A DNA stretch of 64,000 nt, from assembly GCA_038816475.1 (NCBI GenBank), contig JAWBAI010000004.1, positions 32,001-96,000 on the forward strand, in the 5' to 3' direction. The notes under the pieces are model-generated. The model made no database searches, was not told where the DNA came from, and was given only the letters and a program-made list of their open reading frames with translations. Shown here piece by piece: positions 38,122 to 47,168 of this stretch. The DNA comes from Desulfurococcaceae archaeon. GTDB taxonomy: Archaea; Thermoproteota; Thermoprotei_A; Sulfolobales; Desulfurococcaceae. Both the position numbers and the translations under genes were made by a program. How positions within the stretch are numbered: position 1 is the first letter of the stretch; every line of letters begins with the position of its first letter.

Positions 38122-38760
38122 ATGCCGACCAGCACGATGGAGGACCCGGGTAGTAAAAAGACTAGAATGAAGTTCCTTGGAAGACACATAATGCTGAGAG
38201 GAATTTACACAGATAAACTGCTGAGAGGTGAGAAAAGAGCAACTATAAGGAGAGGATTAGTAAAACCAAAGTACAGTGAGTTAATAGTTCACGCCGGGGG
38301 TAAACCTGTTGCTAAGGTGAAGATCACTAGGGTGTACTACAAGAAGCTCAAAGAACTAGGTGACTACGAAGCAAAGATGGAAGGCTATGATAGAGCCGAA
38401 GACCTGATCAGAGAGTTGAAGCGGGTGTATGGAGGGCTCAAGGACGACGACTATGTTACAGTTATTGAGTTCGAGGTTGTTCAGAGACTCAATCAGCTAG
38501 AACCAGGAGATCCCTACTTAGGTTTAAAACCTGCAGACATAGCTCGAATAGCCTTAAGATACCTGCAAAACGAGCTTAGCCTTTTTGAGAGAGAAGTTCT
38601 GTTGGATTTGACAAGAACAAACAGCATTAGGAGAACAGCGCTAAGGATTTTGAAAAACTTAAATAAACGTTATATAGTAAGAGGAATACTGAGAAAAACA
38701 CTTAAACTTCTGATAAGCAAAAACCTAATTAACATCAATGAAGCAAGCAAAGATACTTAA
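38122..38760 (+). CDS. ASCH (PUA-fold) domain protein with helical C-terminal extension
   Basis: GEKRATIRRG, EAKMEGY...L..ELK..Y, VTVIEF. Confidence 0.85.
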   Translation: MPTSTMEDPGSKKTRMKFLGRHIMLRGIYTDKLLRGEKRATIRRGLVKPKYSELIVHAGGKPVAKVKITRVYYKKLKELGDYEAKMEGYDRAEDLIRELKRVYGGLKDDDYVTVIEFEVVQRLNQLEPGDPYLGLKPADIARIALRYLQNELSLFEREVLLDLTRTNSIRRTALRILKNLNKRYIVRGILRKTLKLLISKNLININEASKDT

Positions 38761-38772
38761 ATCGGTGATTGA

Positions 38773-38928
38773 ATGGGTTACTGGGTTTTAAAGTGCAGAG
38801 AGTGTAAAAGAGAGTGGAGACTTCTCGTCAGCTTTCCGCTTGATAGGGAATTCACCAAGCTATACCACTATTGTCCATACTGTGCTAAGAACACCTTTCA
38901 CGATATAGTTGAATATAAGGAGGAGTAG
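38773..38928 (+). CDS. Small zinc-ribbon protein (51 aa)
   Basis: Not in track; MGYWVLKCRECKREWRLLVSFPLDREFTKLYHYCPYCAKNTFHDIVEYKEE; CxxC...CxxC; GGTGA RBS. Confidence 0.8.
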   Translation: MGYWVLKCRECKREWRLLVSFPLDREFTKLYHYCPYCAKNTFHDIVEYKEE

Positions 38929-38956
38929 TAACACGTATACTAAGGTCCCGAGAACC

Positions 38957-39010
38957 CCAGATGATGAATCCCCATTTACGGAAACATGAAGAGACCTGTC
39001 TCAGCTGAGG
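38957..39010 (+). ncRNA. Box C/D guide sRNA, D-guide matching 23S rRNA PTC region
   Basis: C ATGATGA (38961-67), ATCCCCATTTA, D' CGGA, C' ATGAAGA (38986-92), guide GACCTGTCTCAG, D CTGA (39005-08). Confidence 0.88.
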
Positions 39011-39011
39011 A

Positions 39012-40316
39012 TTACTCAATATAATCTCCTGTGCTGATCTTGTGGGGTATGTATTCATCGGCAAGGAACTTTAAACCTTTGCCGGCTAATGCTTCTATCT
39101 CCACCTTGCTCAGAGTATTAAAGAACACGCAAAGTTCCCTGATCCACGTTGGTGTTGAAAACCATGGATAACCGCTAATACCTTCCTTTTTCTTGATCTT
39201 CGTTTTTACCTCGGAGCTTTCTATACAAAGATCAGCTATCTTGTAACCAGCAAGTTCAACAGCTCTTTCTACATCTTTAGTTTTTGCTCTGATAATGAAA
39301 TTTCTTCTCTCGGATTCACTTAGGTATGGTTTCTTTCGTGGAAGGTTAGATATGCCGGGTGCTATTTCCTCTAGGGCGTTTTTTACGCGATGATCGCTTG
39401 CTAGTTTTCTAAAGACTTCGTCGCCGAAGATGTCTGTCATGGCCACTCCTATGAACTTTGCACTAGGCACAGCGAGTCTTTCGCTTTCATATGAAAGTGT
39501 AATACTGCCCACTTTGAATACACTGTATATGTAGAATCCATAAGGGTCGCTATCCGTCAGAATATATACTGGTAACTTGAACTCTTCGTTCAGTCTTCTC
39601 ACAAATCTTCTAGTTGCTCTATCAGGTTGACCTGCACTAGTTACAAGTATGGCTTTATGCTTTCTCCAGAATCCATATCTGTGTAACTGTTGAAAAACAG
39701 CGTCCTTCTCAACGACAAGAACGTACTCAGCATCGATGTCTACAAAATCTATTAAGTCCGGGGTAGGTTCAATGGCGTACGCTCCATGACCCATTTTGCT
39801 GAGGTCTATGGTATCATCGCCACTCTTAATGATAAGGTTTCCAACAACTTTTCCTTTTTCCTTGCTCAGTATGAGCAAATCTTCTCTAAGTACGTTCAAG
39901 TATACTTCCAGGTCTCTTATGACGCTATCAGACTCGTTTTGTTCATCCCACGTGTTCTCGTGAGATCTCTTTCCATCTATCGTTGTGTAGCTTATAGTGT
40001 GCTTACCTCTGTAGTAAAGATCACGTATTGTTGGATACTCGTTGTTCGCGAGAGCTTCATATATAATGGAAGCCATTAGAACAGTCTGCATGAACTTCTT
40101 TGCTTCATTAACGTTTAAGATACTTCTTCTCTGTGTATCGGGGCCGAGTAGTAAAATCTTGTTCCTGTAGTCGTATATTGTGTTTGTAAGCGTTCTTTTG
40201 GGTATTATCAGAATTGGTTTACCTCCTTCGACTACTTGATCAGCTAGTTTTTTAAACGATACTTTTATGAGCTCCTTAGCCTTCTCTCTAGCTTTGATAT
40301 CTATTCCTGATACCAT
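39012..40316 (-). CDS. top6A: DNA topoisomerase VI subunit A (Spo11 family)
   Basis: PTIRDLYYRGK (catalytic Tyr), VVEKDAVF, GQPDRATR, TDSDPYG. Confidence 0.97.
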   Translation of the reverse strand: MVSGIDIKAREKAKELIKVSFKKLADQVVEGGKPILIIPKRTLTNTIYDYRNKILLLGPDTQRRSILNVNEAKKFMQTVLMASIIYEALANNEYPTIRDLYYRGKHTISYTTIDGKRSHENTWDEQNESDSVIRDLEVYLNVLREDLLILSKEKGKVVGNLIIKSGDDTIDLSKMGHGAYAIEPTPDLIDFVDIDAEYVLVVEKDAVFQQLHRYGFWRKHKAILVTSAGQPDRATRRFVRRLNEEFKLPVYILTDSDPYGFYIYSVFKVGSITLSYESERLAVPSAKFIGVAMTDIFGDEVFRKLASDHRVKNALEEIAPGISNLPRKKPYLSESERRNFIIRAKTKDVERAVELAGYKIADLCIESSEVKTKIKKKEGISGYPWFSTPTWIRELCVFFNTLSKVEIEALAGKGLKFLADEYIPHKISTGDYIE

Positions 40317-40325
40317 CCTTTCACC

Positions 40326-41927
40326 CTACGTTTCAATTTCAACAGACTTTACAACCCGGAGTATGAGGTCTCGCGAAATACCTGTTTTCTTCGAGATAAT
40401 TTCTACTAGGTTTTCGACAAGCTTATTTCTGAGCTCGGTGTTGATGTGTGGATTGCTACTACCTTGACCTAGTATAACTGTAAGGCTTCTGGCTACCTCC
40501 GGAATGTACTTTGCGATCATCTCCACTCTCTTCTTTGCTTCCTCTTCTCTGAGCTTTTTAGCCAAGTATAACCTTAATTTTCTCGCGACTTCCTGTATAG
40601 CGGTTCTTATCTCTCTATGTAGCTCAGGTATATCAGCGATACTCTCCTTACCTACACCTTTGAACGGGACTTTGGTACTGCATATGTGAACCATGAGTAC
40701 AATAGGAGCTGGGAATGTTACCAGGTAGTTTTGCCAGTCGACTTCGTCTTTAGCTACCTGCGTGATTACGTCAGATCCCTCGTCGTAGAGCAGAGGTATT
40801 TTGTTAGCGTACCTTAGTATTAGAGGGTACTCTTCGCTAATCGGTACTCCACCTCCGTAGGCTATTCCAGCTTCAACTATGAATGGGTGTCCACCATACG
40901 AGCTGGGTTTACGGGTAACAGCCTCCGCAAACTCAGCGTCGAAGAAAATCTTTAATCCTGTTTTTATCACTTCTTCCCCGAGTGGTGATAGCGCCTTTGG
41001 TGAAGGAGGTTTATACTTGTTATAGGATTTAATAACATTGAGTAGTTTCAATAGTTCTTCCTGACTTAGCTCTTCTGGCTTTTTGCTGGGATCCACACCA
41101 CTCAGTTCTACTAATCGGCTTGCGGTGATTTTACCTACGCCCTGCAATCCGTTGATCAAGGCTTCATGTACGGTTGAGTAGCCTGATCTCATTATGCTAG
41201 CCAAGAGTTCGAGGTCTATACCCAGGGGGTGAGGCTTTGTTTCAATAGGTGGTCTTGGAACCTTATTTATCGTTCTCGGATAGTACAGCGTTTCGTCTTC
41301 AGGAGTTACAAGAACCATGCTGACATAGGGTAATGCTATAGCTGTTCTTTGTACGTACTCTAAAATCCTCAGCTTAGCTCTGTTCCAATCACCTTCGATG
41401 GTTACAGAAACGATGGTTCCATGCCATTTCTTTGCTTTTCTCCAGCTACAGGCTTCGAGCACAACGGGCTCGTTCTTGCCTATATCTATTTTCAGTTTAA
41501 AGTAGTAAGTTCGTCTAAAGTCCCTCTTACTGGTTATCACCTCTACTGGTTGACCAGTAGTCATCTGAGCGTAGAGAACCACCATTTTAATGCCTAAACC
41601 AAACATCCCGCGCGTTTGCCTCATAACATATTTACTACCGAACAGTACTCTACCAAAGGCGTTGGGTACAACATTTGGTGGAATACCAATACCATTGTCT
41701 TCAACGGTTATTCTATAGAAGTCATGGGATTCGTCAACCCTTGTGATATTGATTCTGACATCGGGGAGAATACCGTGAGCATCCGTAGCATCGAGAGCGT
41801 TTTCAACAAGTTCTCTTATCGTTTGATACATAGCTCTAGCCGGATTTGAAAAGCCGGCGATCTCTCTGTACTTGTAGAAGAACTCGGCTGGGCTTATTGC
41901 TTTATATGTCTCAGTTAAATCGCTCAT
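40326..41927 (-). CDS. top6B: DNA topoisomerase VI subunit B
   Basis: RELVENALDA, EDNGIGI, QTRGMFGLG, RYANKIPLLYD, STKVPFKGVGKE. Confidence 0.98.
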   Translation of the reverse strand: MSDLTETYKAISPAEFFYKYREIAGFSNPARAMYQTIRELVENALDATDAHGILPDVRINITRVDESHDFYRITVEDNGIGIPPNVVPNAFGRVLFGSKYVMRQTRGMFGLGIKMVVLYAQMTTGQPVEVITSKRDFRRTYYFKLKIDIGKNEPVVLEACSWRKAKKWHGTIVSVTIEGDWNRAKLRILEYVQRTAIALPYVSMVLVTPEDETLYYPRTINKVPRPPIETKPHPLGIDLELLASIMRSGYSTVHEALINGLQGVGKITASRLVELSGVDPSKKPEELSQEELLKLLNVIKSYNKYKPPSPKALSPLGEEVIKTGLKIFFDAEFAEAVTRKPSSYGGHPFIVEAGIAYGGGVPISEEYPLILRYANKIPLLYDEGSDVITQVAKDEVDWQNYLVTFPAPIVLMVHICSTKVPFKGVGKESIADIPELHREIRTAIQEVARKLRLYLAKKLREEEAKKRVEMIAKYIPEVARSLTVILGQGSSNPHINTELRNKLVENLVEIISKKTGISRDLILRVVKSVEIET

Positions 41928-42015
41928 ATAAACACCATACTGAATAAACTATCTTCACGGTTAGGTTATAAGCAACTAGAATACTATCGGTTAACTCTAC
42001 CTGGTACACCTTATA

Positions 42016-42043
42016 ACTTTTACCCGTGAACCCGCTTCAAAAA
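42016..42043 (+). promoter_or_regulatory. Possible damage-responsive promoter of the pilus operon
   Basis: TAACTTTT (ACTTTT at 42016-21, one mismatch to ANTTTC) 54-49 nt before the pilin ATG; weak TATA TTCAAAAA. Confidence 0.4.
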
Positions 42044-42069
42044 CACCCATTCTTTATTGGGATTCAACC

Positions 42070-42462
42070 ATGAAGGGGGTTTCGGGAATAGTTGCAACGG
42101 GTATCTTACTAGCGTTAACAATAGCTGGCGGCGTTCTCCTCTACTCGTACATTACCAGGTACTTAACAGTGTTCACTAACTCGGCGGATATTGTAATTAC
42201 GAACGCGTACTACATTAAATCACTGAACAAACTCTACGTTACAGTAAGGAACGTAGGTTTAACTCCAACAACTGTGACAGGAGTTGAAGTCATACTAGTA
42301 AACAGAAGCATTTCAGCTAGTAATCAAACATATGATATCCCAGCAGGTGGAGAACGAACCATAGAAGTAAACGTCGATCTCACAGAGACACCTCTCTACG
42401 TTGTTGTACGCTACGACAGAGACAGGCGAACGGATCCATACACGGTAAGGGTATTTGGCTGA
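42070..42462 (+). CDS. Archaeal type IV pilin (class III signal peptide)
   Basis: MKG|VSGIVATGILLALTIAGG PibD-type cleavage site; beta domain with VTVRNVG; N-glycosylation sequons NRS and NQT. Confidence 0.9.
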   Translation: MKGVSGIVATGILLALTIAGGVLLYSYITRYLTVFTNSADIVITNAYYIKSLNKLYVTVRNVGLTPTTVTGVEVILVNRSISASNQTYDIPAGGERTIEVNVDLTETPLYVVVRYDRDRRTDPYTVRVFG

Positions 42463-42480
42463 TAAACACAGGTGTAATCA

Positions 42481-44007
42481 ATGAAGATCTTCAAAAGATT
42501 TTTTTCTAGATCTTTTCTTTCTTCTTTTAAATTTAGCTTATCCATTCCTTATGCAAGCAAGAACATTGATCCCACAACCTCGAACATTTTGAATATGCTA
42601 CTCGAAAACCACCTCAAAGGTTACAATATTGAGAACGTAAGCCTGGACAGCATTCTATATACCTACAGTTTGCATAACGTTGTTGAAATCTCTGTTGGAG
42701 AACTCGGTAATGAGGTTTTCTACGTTGTTAAGGAGCCGACGTACGATAACGAGGTTTTAGCTCAGGTTACACGAGAACTCTCTAGTAGAGTTTTCTCCGA
42801 CGAACAGGTTATTTCTAGCATAAAATCTATGCTCGAGAAGAAAGAGCTCAAACCTACTGACTACATATACTTCAAAGTAACAAGCGGTCTTGGTCCTCTC
42901 ACACCTCTTGTTCTAGACCCTCACGTCGAGGATATTCATTTGAGTAAGTCTTCTGGCAGAATTTACGTTGTTCACAATTCTTTTTCTTGGATTGGCTGGT
43001 TAAAGACTAACATAATAGTTAAACCAGAGCTAGTAGATCAGCTGGTTCTCGCTCTATCTAGAAGAGCTGGAAAACACGTATCTCTTGTTCAACCACTCGT
43101 CGAGGGATCACTAGAGGGTGTTCTGAGAGCTAGTTTGGTTTACGGTGGAAGCATAGCGCAACTTGGTAGTAGCATAGTACTAAGGAAGAAGAGTGGGGCA
43201 GTTCACACCATCACAAAACTGATTAACGAGGGAACAATATCATCCGCGGTTGCAGCATACCTTTGGCTTGTGATAGAGAACAAGGGTTGGATCGTAATCG
43301 CAGGCCACGTCGGCTCTGGGAAAACCACCTTGCTTCAAGCACTTCTGAGCCTTATACCAGGGAACAAAAAGGTCATCACAATAGAGGATTCCCCTGAAGT
43401 CTACGTTCCAAGCGAATTATGGGACTCTTTCGTTGAAAACTACGAGGTTTTTTCGAGATTACCTCAGGTGGATGCTTTCGCGCTTCTCAAATTTGCCCTT
43501 CGAAGAAGAGCAGACTATATAGTTATTGGCGAAGTTAGAGGAGCTGAAGCGAGGTTATTGGTTCAAGCTTCGAGATTAGGTCATGGTGTACTGAATACCA
43601 TACATGCTGATGGTGCACAGTCTGTTCTTGAAAGACTCATGGCATCTCCAATATCAATTCCAAAAAATCTTCTTGGTAACATATGGACGATTGTGCTAAC
43701 AGAACTTGTTGGTAAAACAAGAAAAGTGGCAAGTATTACAGAAGTAAGCAACGACGTAGAGTTGGTCGAAATATGCAGTTCCTTGGTACCATGTAGCTTA
43801 GAGAATATTGCTCAGAGGTCTGTTAGGCTCGCTAAGATCTACAATAGTGAAGAACTGTATCAGGAACTTGCTCGTAGAGCGATCTTCCTAGAAAAACTTG
43901 TCTCCGAGGGTGTTTTTGCACCAGAAGCACTAGCACGTAGGCTCTTCGAGTTTTATGCGGAAAAACATCTGGAGGTCGAAGAGCTTGTTGCTAAGAGTAC
44001 TCGGTAA
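42481..44007 (+). CDS. Type IV pilus assembly ATPase (VirB11/FlaI/UpsE family)
   Basis: GLGPLTPLVLDPHVEDI, Walker A GHVGSGKTT, Asp box TIEDSPE, IVIGEVRG.E, GHG..NTIHA. Confidence 0.93.
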   Translation: MKIFKRFFSRSFLSSFKFSLSIPYASKNIDPTTSNILNMLLENHLKGYNIENVSLDSILYTYSLHNVVEISVGELGNEVFYVVKEPTYDNEVLAQVTRELSSRVFSDEQVISSIKSMLEKKELKPTDYIYFKVTSGLGPLTPLVLDPHVEDIHLSKSSGRIYVVHNSFSWIGWLKTNIIVKPELVDQLVLALSRRAGKHVSLVQPLVEGSLEGVLRASLVYGGSIAQLGSSIVLRKKSGAVHTITKLINEGTISSAVAAYLWLVIENKGWIVIAGHVGSGKTTLLQALLSLIPGNKKVITIEDSPEVYVPSELWDSFVENYEVFSRLPQVDAFALLKFALRRRADYIVIGEVRGAEARLLVQASRLGHGVLNTIHADGAQSVLERLMASPISIPKNLLGNIWTIVLTELVGKTRKVASITEVSNDVELVEICSSLVPCSLENIAQRSVRLAKIYNSEELYQELARRAIFLEKLVSEGVFAPEALARRLFEFYAEKHLEVEELVAKSTR

Positions 44008-45259
44008 GAGGAGATTTCTACATAAATGCTACGATGATATGTTCCTCGACTTTCTCGTGCAACTAGCAAGCTTTGAATCTAGTGGTTTAAAGATCTATCA
44101 CTTGTTCGAAAGCATTAGAAGAGGTGATATCGAGCTTGGTGAGTGCTACAGCGCTCTCTCGAACCAGTATACTGTACTAGAGAGTTCTCTAGGTGCACCT
44201 CACCTGGCTTTGAGAAAGATTGCTGAATCTGTACCTTTCTTAGAGCTCTCTAAATTTCTGAGAGATTACAGTACCGTGCTGGTTACTAGTGGTAATACGA
44301 AGTACTTCGTTGAATCTATACTTAAGCAGGAGTTTGCTAGGTTTAGGGCAAAGGTTAATGAGCATCAGAGAGCGCTCGATACGTTGTACGAAGCGTATCT
44401 AGTGGGGGTCCTAGTGCTAATGTTCCTCATGGTGCTACCCATATGGGGTTTGCTCCCGCTTCTTGGACTACTCGTAATCTACGCGCTGGGCGTTACTGGG
44501 TACTTCTTCGCGTATAGAATATGCGTAAAGCTCCATTACACCCTTCCCGGCTACGTAGTATTCAGCGACATTCTCTTCTCAACGCTAGCAGTTGTTCTAG
44601 CCTTGTCTTTCGAGGCGATGCTCCTACTACCTGCACTATTACTTGTTCTACACGTGACTACGAGAAAACACGCTGCTGTGAACAATATTCTCGAGCAGGA
44701 ATCGTTCCGCGTAATCTACGATACTTACTCGCAGGTGTTAATGGGTAGACCAGTGAGTACAGCATTGTTGGAGTCCCTAGGTTCCTCCAACTCAGCTCCG
44801 TACAGGTTACTCTGGTTTAGTTTAATGCTAGGCGTTAACCCAAAGAAAGTTTTAAAGATTATTAAGCTTCCAAAACTAGCTTACAAGATACTTCTCTTCT
44901 CGCTTGCTACTATGCTTTACAGCTCAGCTGAAGGTAAGCACCTTGTTCACGCTGTTGACTACTTGGACGAAATCGCATCAGTGAGAAAACAGGTACGCGA
45001 GAAGATAAAGCAGTATGTTCTGTACTCCTTTGTAGTAATTGTTCTTGTGGTAGCAGCCTACATTATGCTATTGAGAATACCACTAGCATCACCCTTAGAC
45101 AAGCACGCGTTTTCAGCTTACAGTAGTATAGGTTTTCTAATGGTAATGCAGCCAGCGGTCCTAATCAGAGACGGAGGATTCACTTCTTCGCGAAGCGCGA
45201 TAGCAGTAGTATTCGCAGCGTTTGCTACGTATTTGGTGATGATGAACTTAACTATTTAA
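43955..45259 (+). CDS. Type IV pilus membrane platform protein (TadC/FlaJ/UpsF-like)
   Basis: Multi-TM; two cytoplasmic helical repeats (L.SFESSG; P..ELSKFL..Y.....SG); follows the ATPase. Confidence 0.78.
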   Translation: MRKNIWRSKSLLLRVLGKRRFLHKCYDDMFLDFLVQLASFESSGLKIYHLFESIRRGDIELGECYSALSNQYTVLESSLGAPHLALRKIAESVPFLELSKFLRDYSTVLVTSGNTKYFVESILKQEFARFRAKVNEHQRALDTLYEAYLVGVLVLMFLMVLPIWGLLPLLGLLVIYALGVTGYFFAYRICVKLHYTLPGYVVFSDILFSTLAVVLALSFEAMLLLPALLLVLHVTTRKHAAVNNILEQESFRVIYDTYSQVLMGRPVSTALLESLGSSNSAPYRLLWFSLMLGVNPKKVLKIIKLPKLAYKILLFSLATMLYSSAEGKHLVHAVDYLDEIASVRKQVREKIKQYVLYSFVVIVLVVAAYIMLLRIPLASPLDKHAFSAYSSIGFLMVMQPAVLIRDGGFTSSRSAIAVVFAAFATYLVMMNLTI

Positions 45260-46241
45260 GCTCCTCAACTAGAATCTTTGCAATTGTTCTCGCGGCATTA
45301 GGGTAAATCCTAGTGGGTTTGTGAGCAAGCTCCAGAGCTCTCTTTAGCTCCTCTACGTCCGCTCTCTCGATGAAAACTGCTTCTAGCTTCTCAGCGTAGA
45401 TCTTTACATCATTTTTTGGTGCACCAAGAACAACCCTGGGATTCCACACCACTATGACTGGTTTCCCGTAGGCCAAGCTAGCGGTAGCAGCGGTAACTCC
45501 TTGCTGGGTAACAACGATGCTTGCATCCGCGATCCACCTATGTATATCACTAGTATACCTGAAAACTTTCCACGAAGGGTTTCTCCTGAGGTAGGGCTCT
45601 GGATCCACATCTCCTGTTTGCATAACAACATTGTCTAGTTTTAGTCTCTCAATGGAATCGAACAACTCCTTATACCCAATTGTTCCAGTCGTTACAAGCA
45701 CATAGCCTTCATCCCTGGGTTCGTAAACGGGAGGCTCGTAAACTGGCCCAACCACAATCCCCTTTGGAAACATTCTCAGCTGCTCTTCCCAGTGCAGAAA
45801 CACCTTTGCTCCAAAAAACTCGAGGAACTTAACAGCTCTTGAAGGCTTAGAAAAGTGCTCTATCGCTTCAATAGTGTACACTCTTGCTCTCCTGAGAATC
45901 ATGGCTATTAGAGACGGTGGAATGGAGAAATTGGATCCACCAGCGAATACAGCTTTAATGTGCTCATTCAATAGTAACTGAGTAGATTGGAAAAACGCCT
46001 TAATCCATCTTCCAAGTCCTTTTACTAAGGGCTCTCCGGGTCTTCTAGGTAGCACCTGGTAGTAAACTCTACCCAAGTTCTTGAACTTCTCAGCTAGGAA
46101 AGAGTACTCCTCGGCTACAAGGAAAATACTGTTCCTAAACCCGGCTTTAGCAAGCTCTATCGCTACAGCATAAACGTAGCCCGAGTGACCTCCGTAGCCT
46201 GCAACTAGCAGTATACTGTTTTCCTTCAAGGCGGCATTCAT
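45252..46241 (-). CDS. agl24: Alg14/Alg13-fusion (MurG-like) glycosyltransferase, Agl24-like
   Basis: N-terminal AGYGGH, GSNF..P, IEAIE, C-terminal VLVTTGT, QTG, VVTQQG; Alg14-Alg13 domain order. Confidence 0.75.
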   Translation of the reverse strand: MNAALKENSILLVAGYGGHSGYVYAVAIELAKAGFRNSIFLVAEEYSFLAEKFKNLGRVYYQVLPRRPGEPLVKGLGRWIKAFFQSTQLLLNEHIKAVFAGGSNFSIPPSLIAMILRRARVYTIEAIEHFSKPSRAVKFLEFFGAKVFLHWEEQLRMFPKGIVVGPVYEPPVYEPRDEGYVLVTTGTIGYKELFDSIERLKLDNVVMQTGDVDPEPYLRRNPSWKVFRYTSDIHRWIADASIVVTQQGVTAATASLAYGKPVIVVWNPRVVLGAPKNDVKIYAEKLEAVFIERADVEELKRALELAHKPTRIYPNAARTIAKILVEELK

Positions 46242-46318
46242 CTCGACTAAGCGTTCACTATGAATATCAGTGGAATACAGCTCTTATAACAATCGTTCTT
46301 AACGAAAATTACCGTATG

Positions 46319-46393
46319 CGGGCCCGCCGGGATTTGAACCCGGGTCCTCCGGCTCCGCAGGCCGGCGCCCTCTCCAGGCTAGGCCACGGGCCC
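46319..46393 (-). tRNA. tRNA-Arg(GCG)
   Basis: GGGCCCGTGGCCTAGCCTGGAGAGGGCG CCGGC CTGCGGA GCCGG AGGACCCGGGTTCAAATCCCGGCGGGCCCG; no intron; CCA not encoded. Confidence 0.96.
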
Positions 46394-46419
46394 CTAGTGG
46401 TTTTAGGTATTCTTGGTTT

Positions 46420-47103
46420 TTAGTACTTTCGTTTAAGCATCTTTGAGTAGGAGTCTGCTTCCTGAAGCGGTATTGGTAGTTTTGCTTCTTTGGTAAGCAG
46501 GTTTTTAACTATGTTAACAGCGTCCTCCAGATTCACTTTGTAGCCTATGCTTACGTAGAGTTCAGTGCTTCCGTGTTTCAGTACTTCTCCAACTATTAAG
46601 CCGTGCGCTCTAATAAGTCTTCTCCCGCAGCTCTCTACTATTTCACCGTACAGCTTCTTTTTAGCTACACCTATGCTGGGCTTCTCGAGAACTAGCCCAA
46701 TGTGAGTTGCTATACCGAAGGCTCTGGGATGCGCCAAGCCATGTCCATCTACGAGTATAACATCGGGTTTCACCGTGAGCTTTGAGTACGCTCTCATGTA
46801 CCCTGGAACTTCTCTGAACGCTAGTAACCCCGGTATGTATGGAACACGAGCTTCAACTATACTGAACGCCTTCTCCACGATGTTTCGTGAACTCGTATCG
46901 TAGATTACTATTGCAGCGTACTGTTTGCTGTCCTTATAGGCCGAGTCAAAGCCAGCTATAAACCTTATCTTGCTCAGATCAAGGTGCGTGCCTTCGCGAA
47001 TACTTAGGAGAGCTTTCTCGGAGAGAACTTTCTGTAGCATCATAGCTCTCTCAACGCTGAAACTCACAGTTAAACACCGGTGCAGTTGTTTCGCATCAAT
47101 CAT
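46420..47103 (-). CDS. nfi: Endonuclease V
   Basis: AGFDSAY, PYIPGLLAFRE, VDGHGLAHPRAFGIATH, GVAK, YVSIG. Confidence 0.96.
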   Translation of the reverse strand: MIDAKQLHRCLTVSFSVERAMMLQKVLSEKALLSIREGTHLDLSKIRFIAGFDSAYKDSKQYAAIVIYDTSSRNIVEKAFSIVEARVPYIPGLLAFREVPGYMRAYSKLTVKPDVILVDGHGLAHPRAFGIATHIGLVLEKPSIGVAKKKLYGEIVESCGRRLIRAHGLIVGEVLKHGSTELYVSIGYKVNLEDAVNIVKNLLTKEAKLPIPLQEADSYSKMLKRKY

Positions 47104-47168
47104 GCTGTTTTTAATGGAAAGTATTATTAAGTATAATTCATGTGCTTTAGGTATTTGTTAACTCTGGT

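Noticed and set aside
42070-45259. Archaellum operon
   Set aside because: No flaH/F/G, and the pilin lacks the archaellin N-terminal consensus.
30985-46393. Integrated element between or next to the two tRNAs
   Set aside because: No integrase, no att duplication of tRNA 3' ends, and the intervening genes are core.
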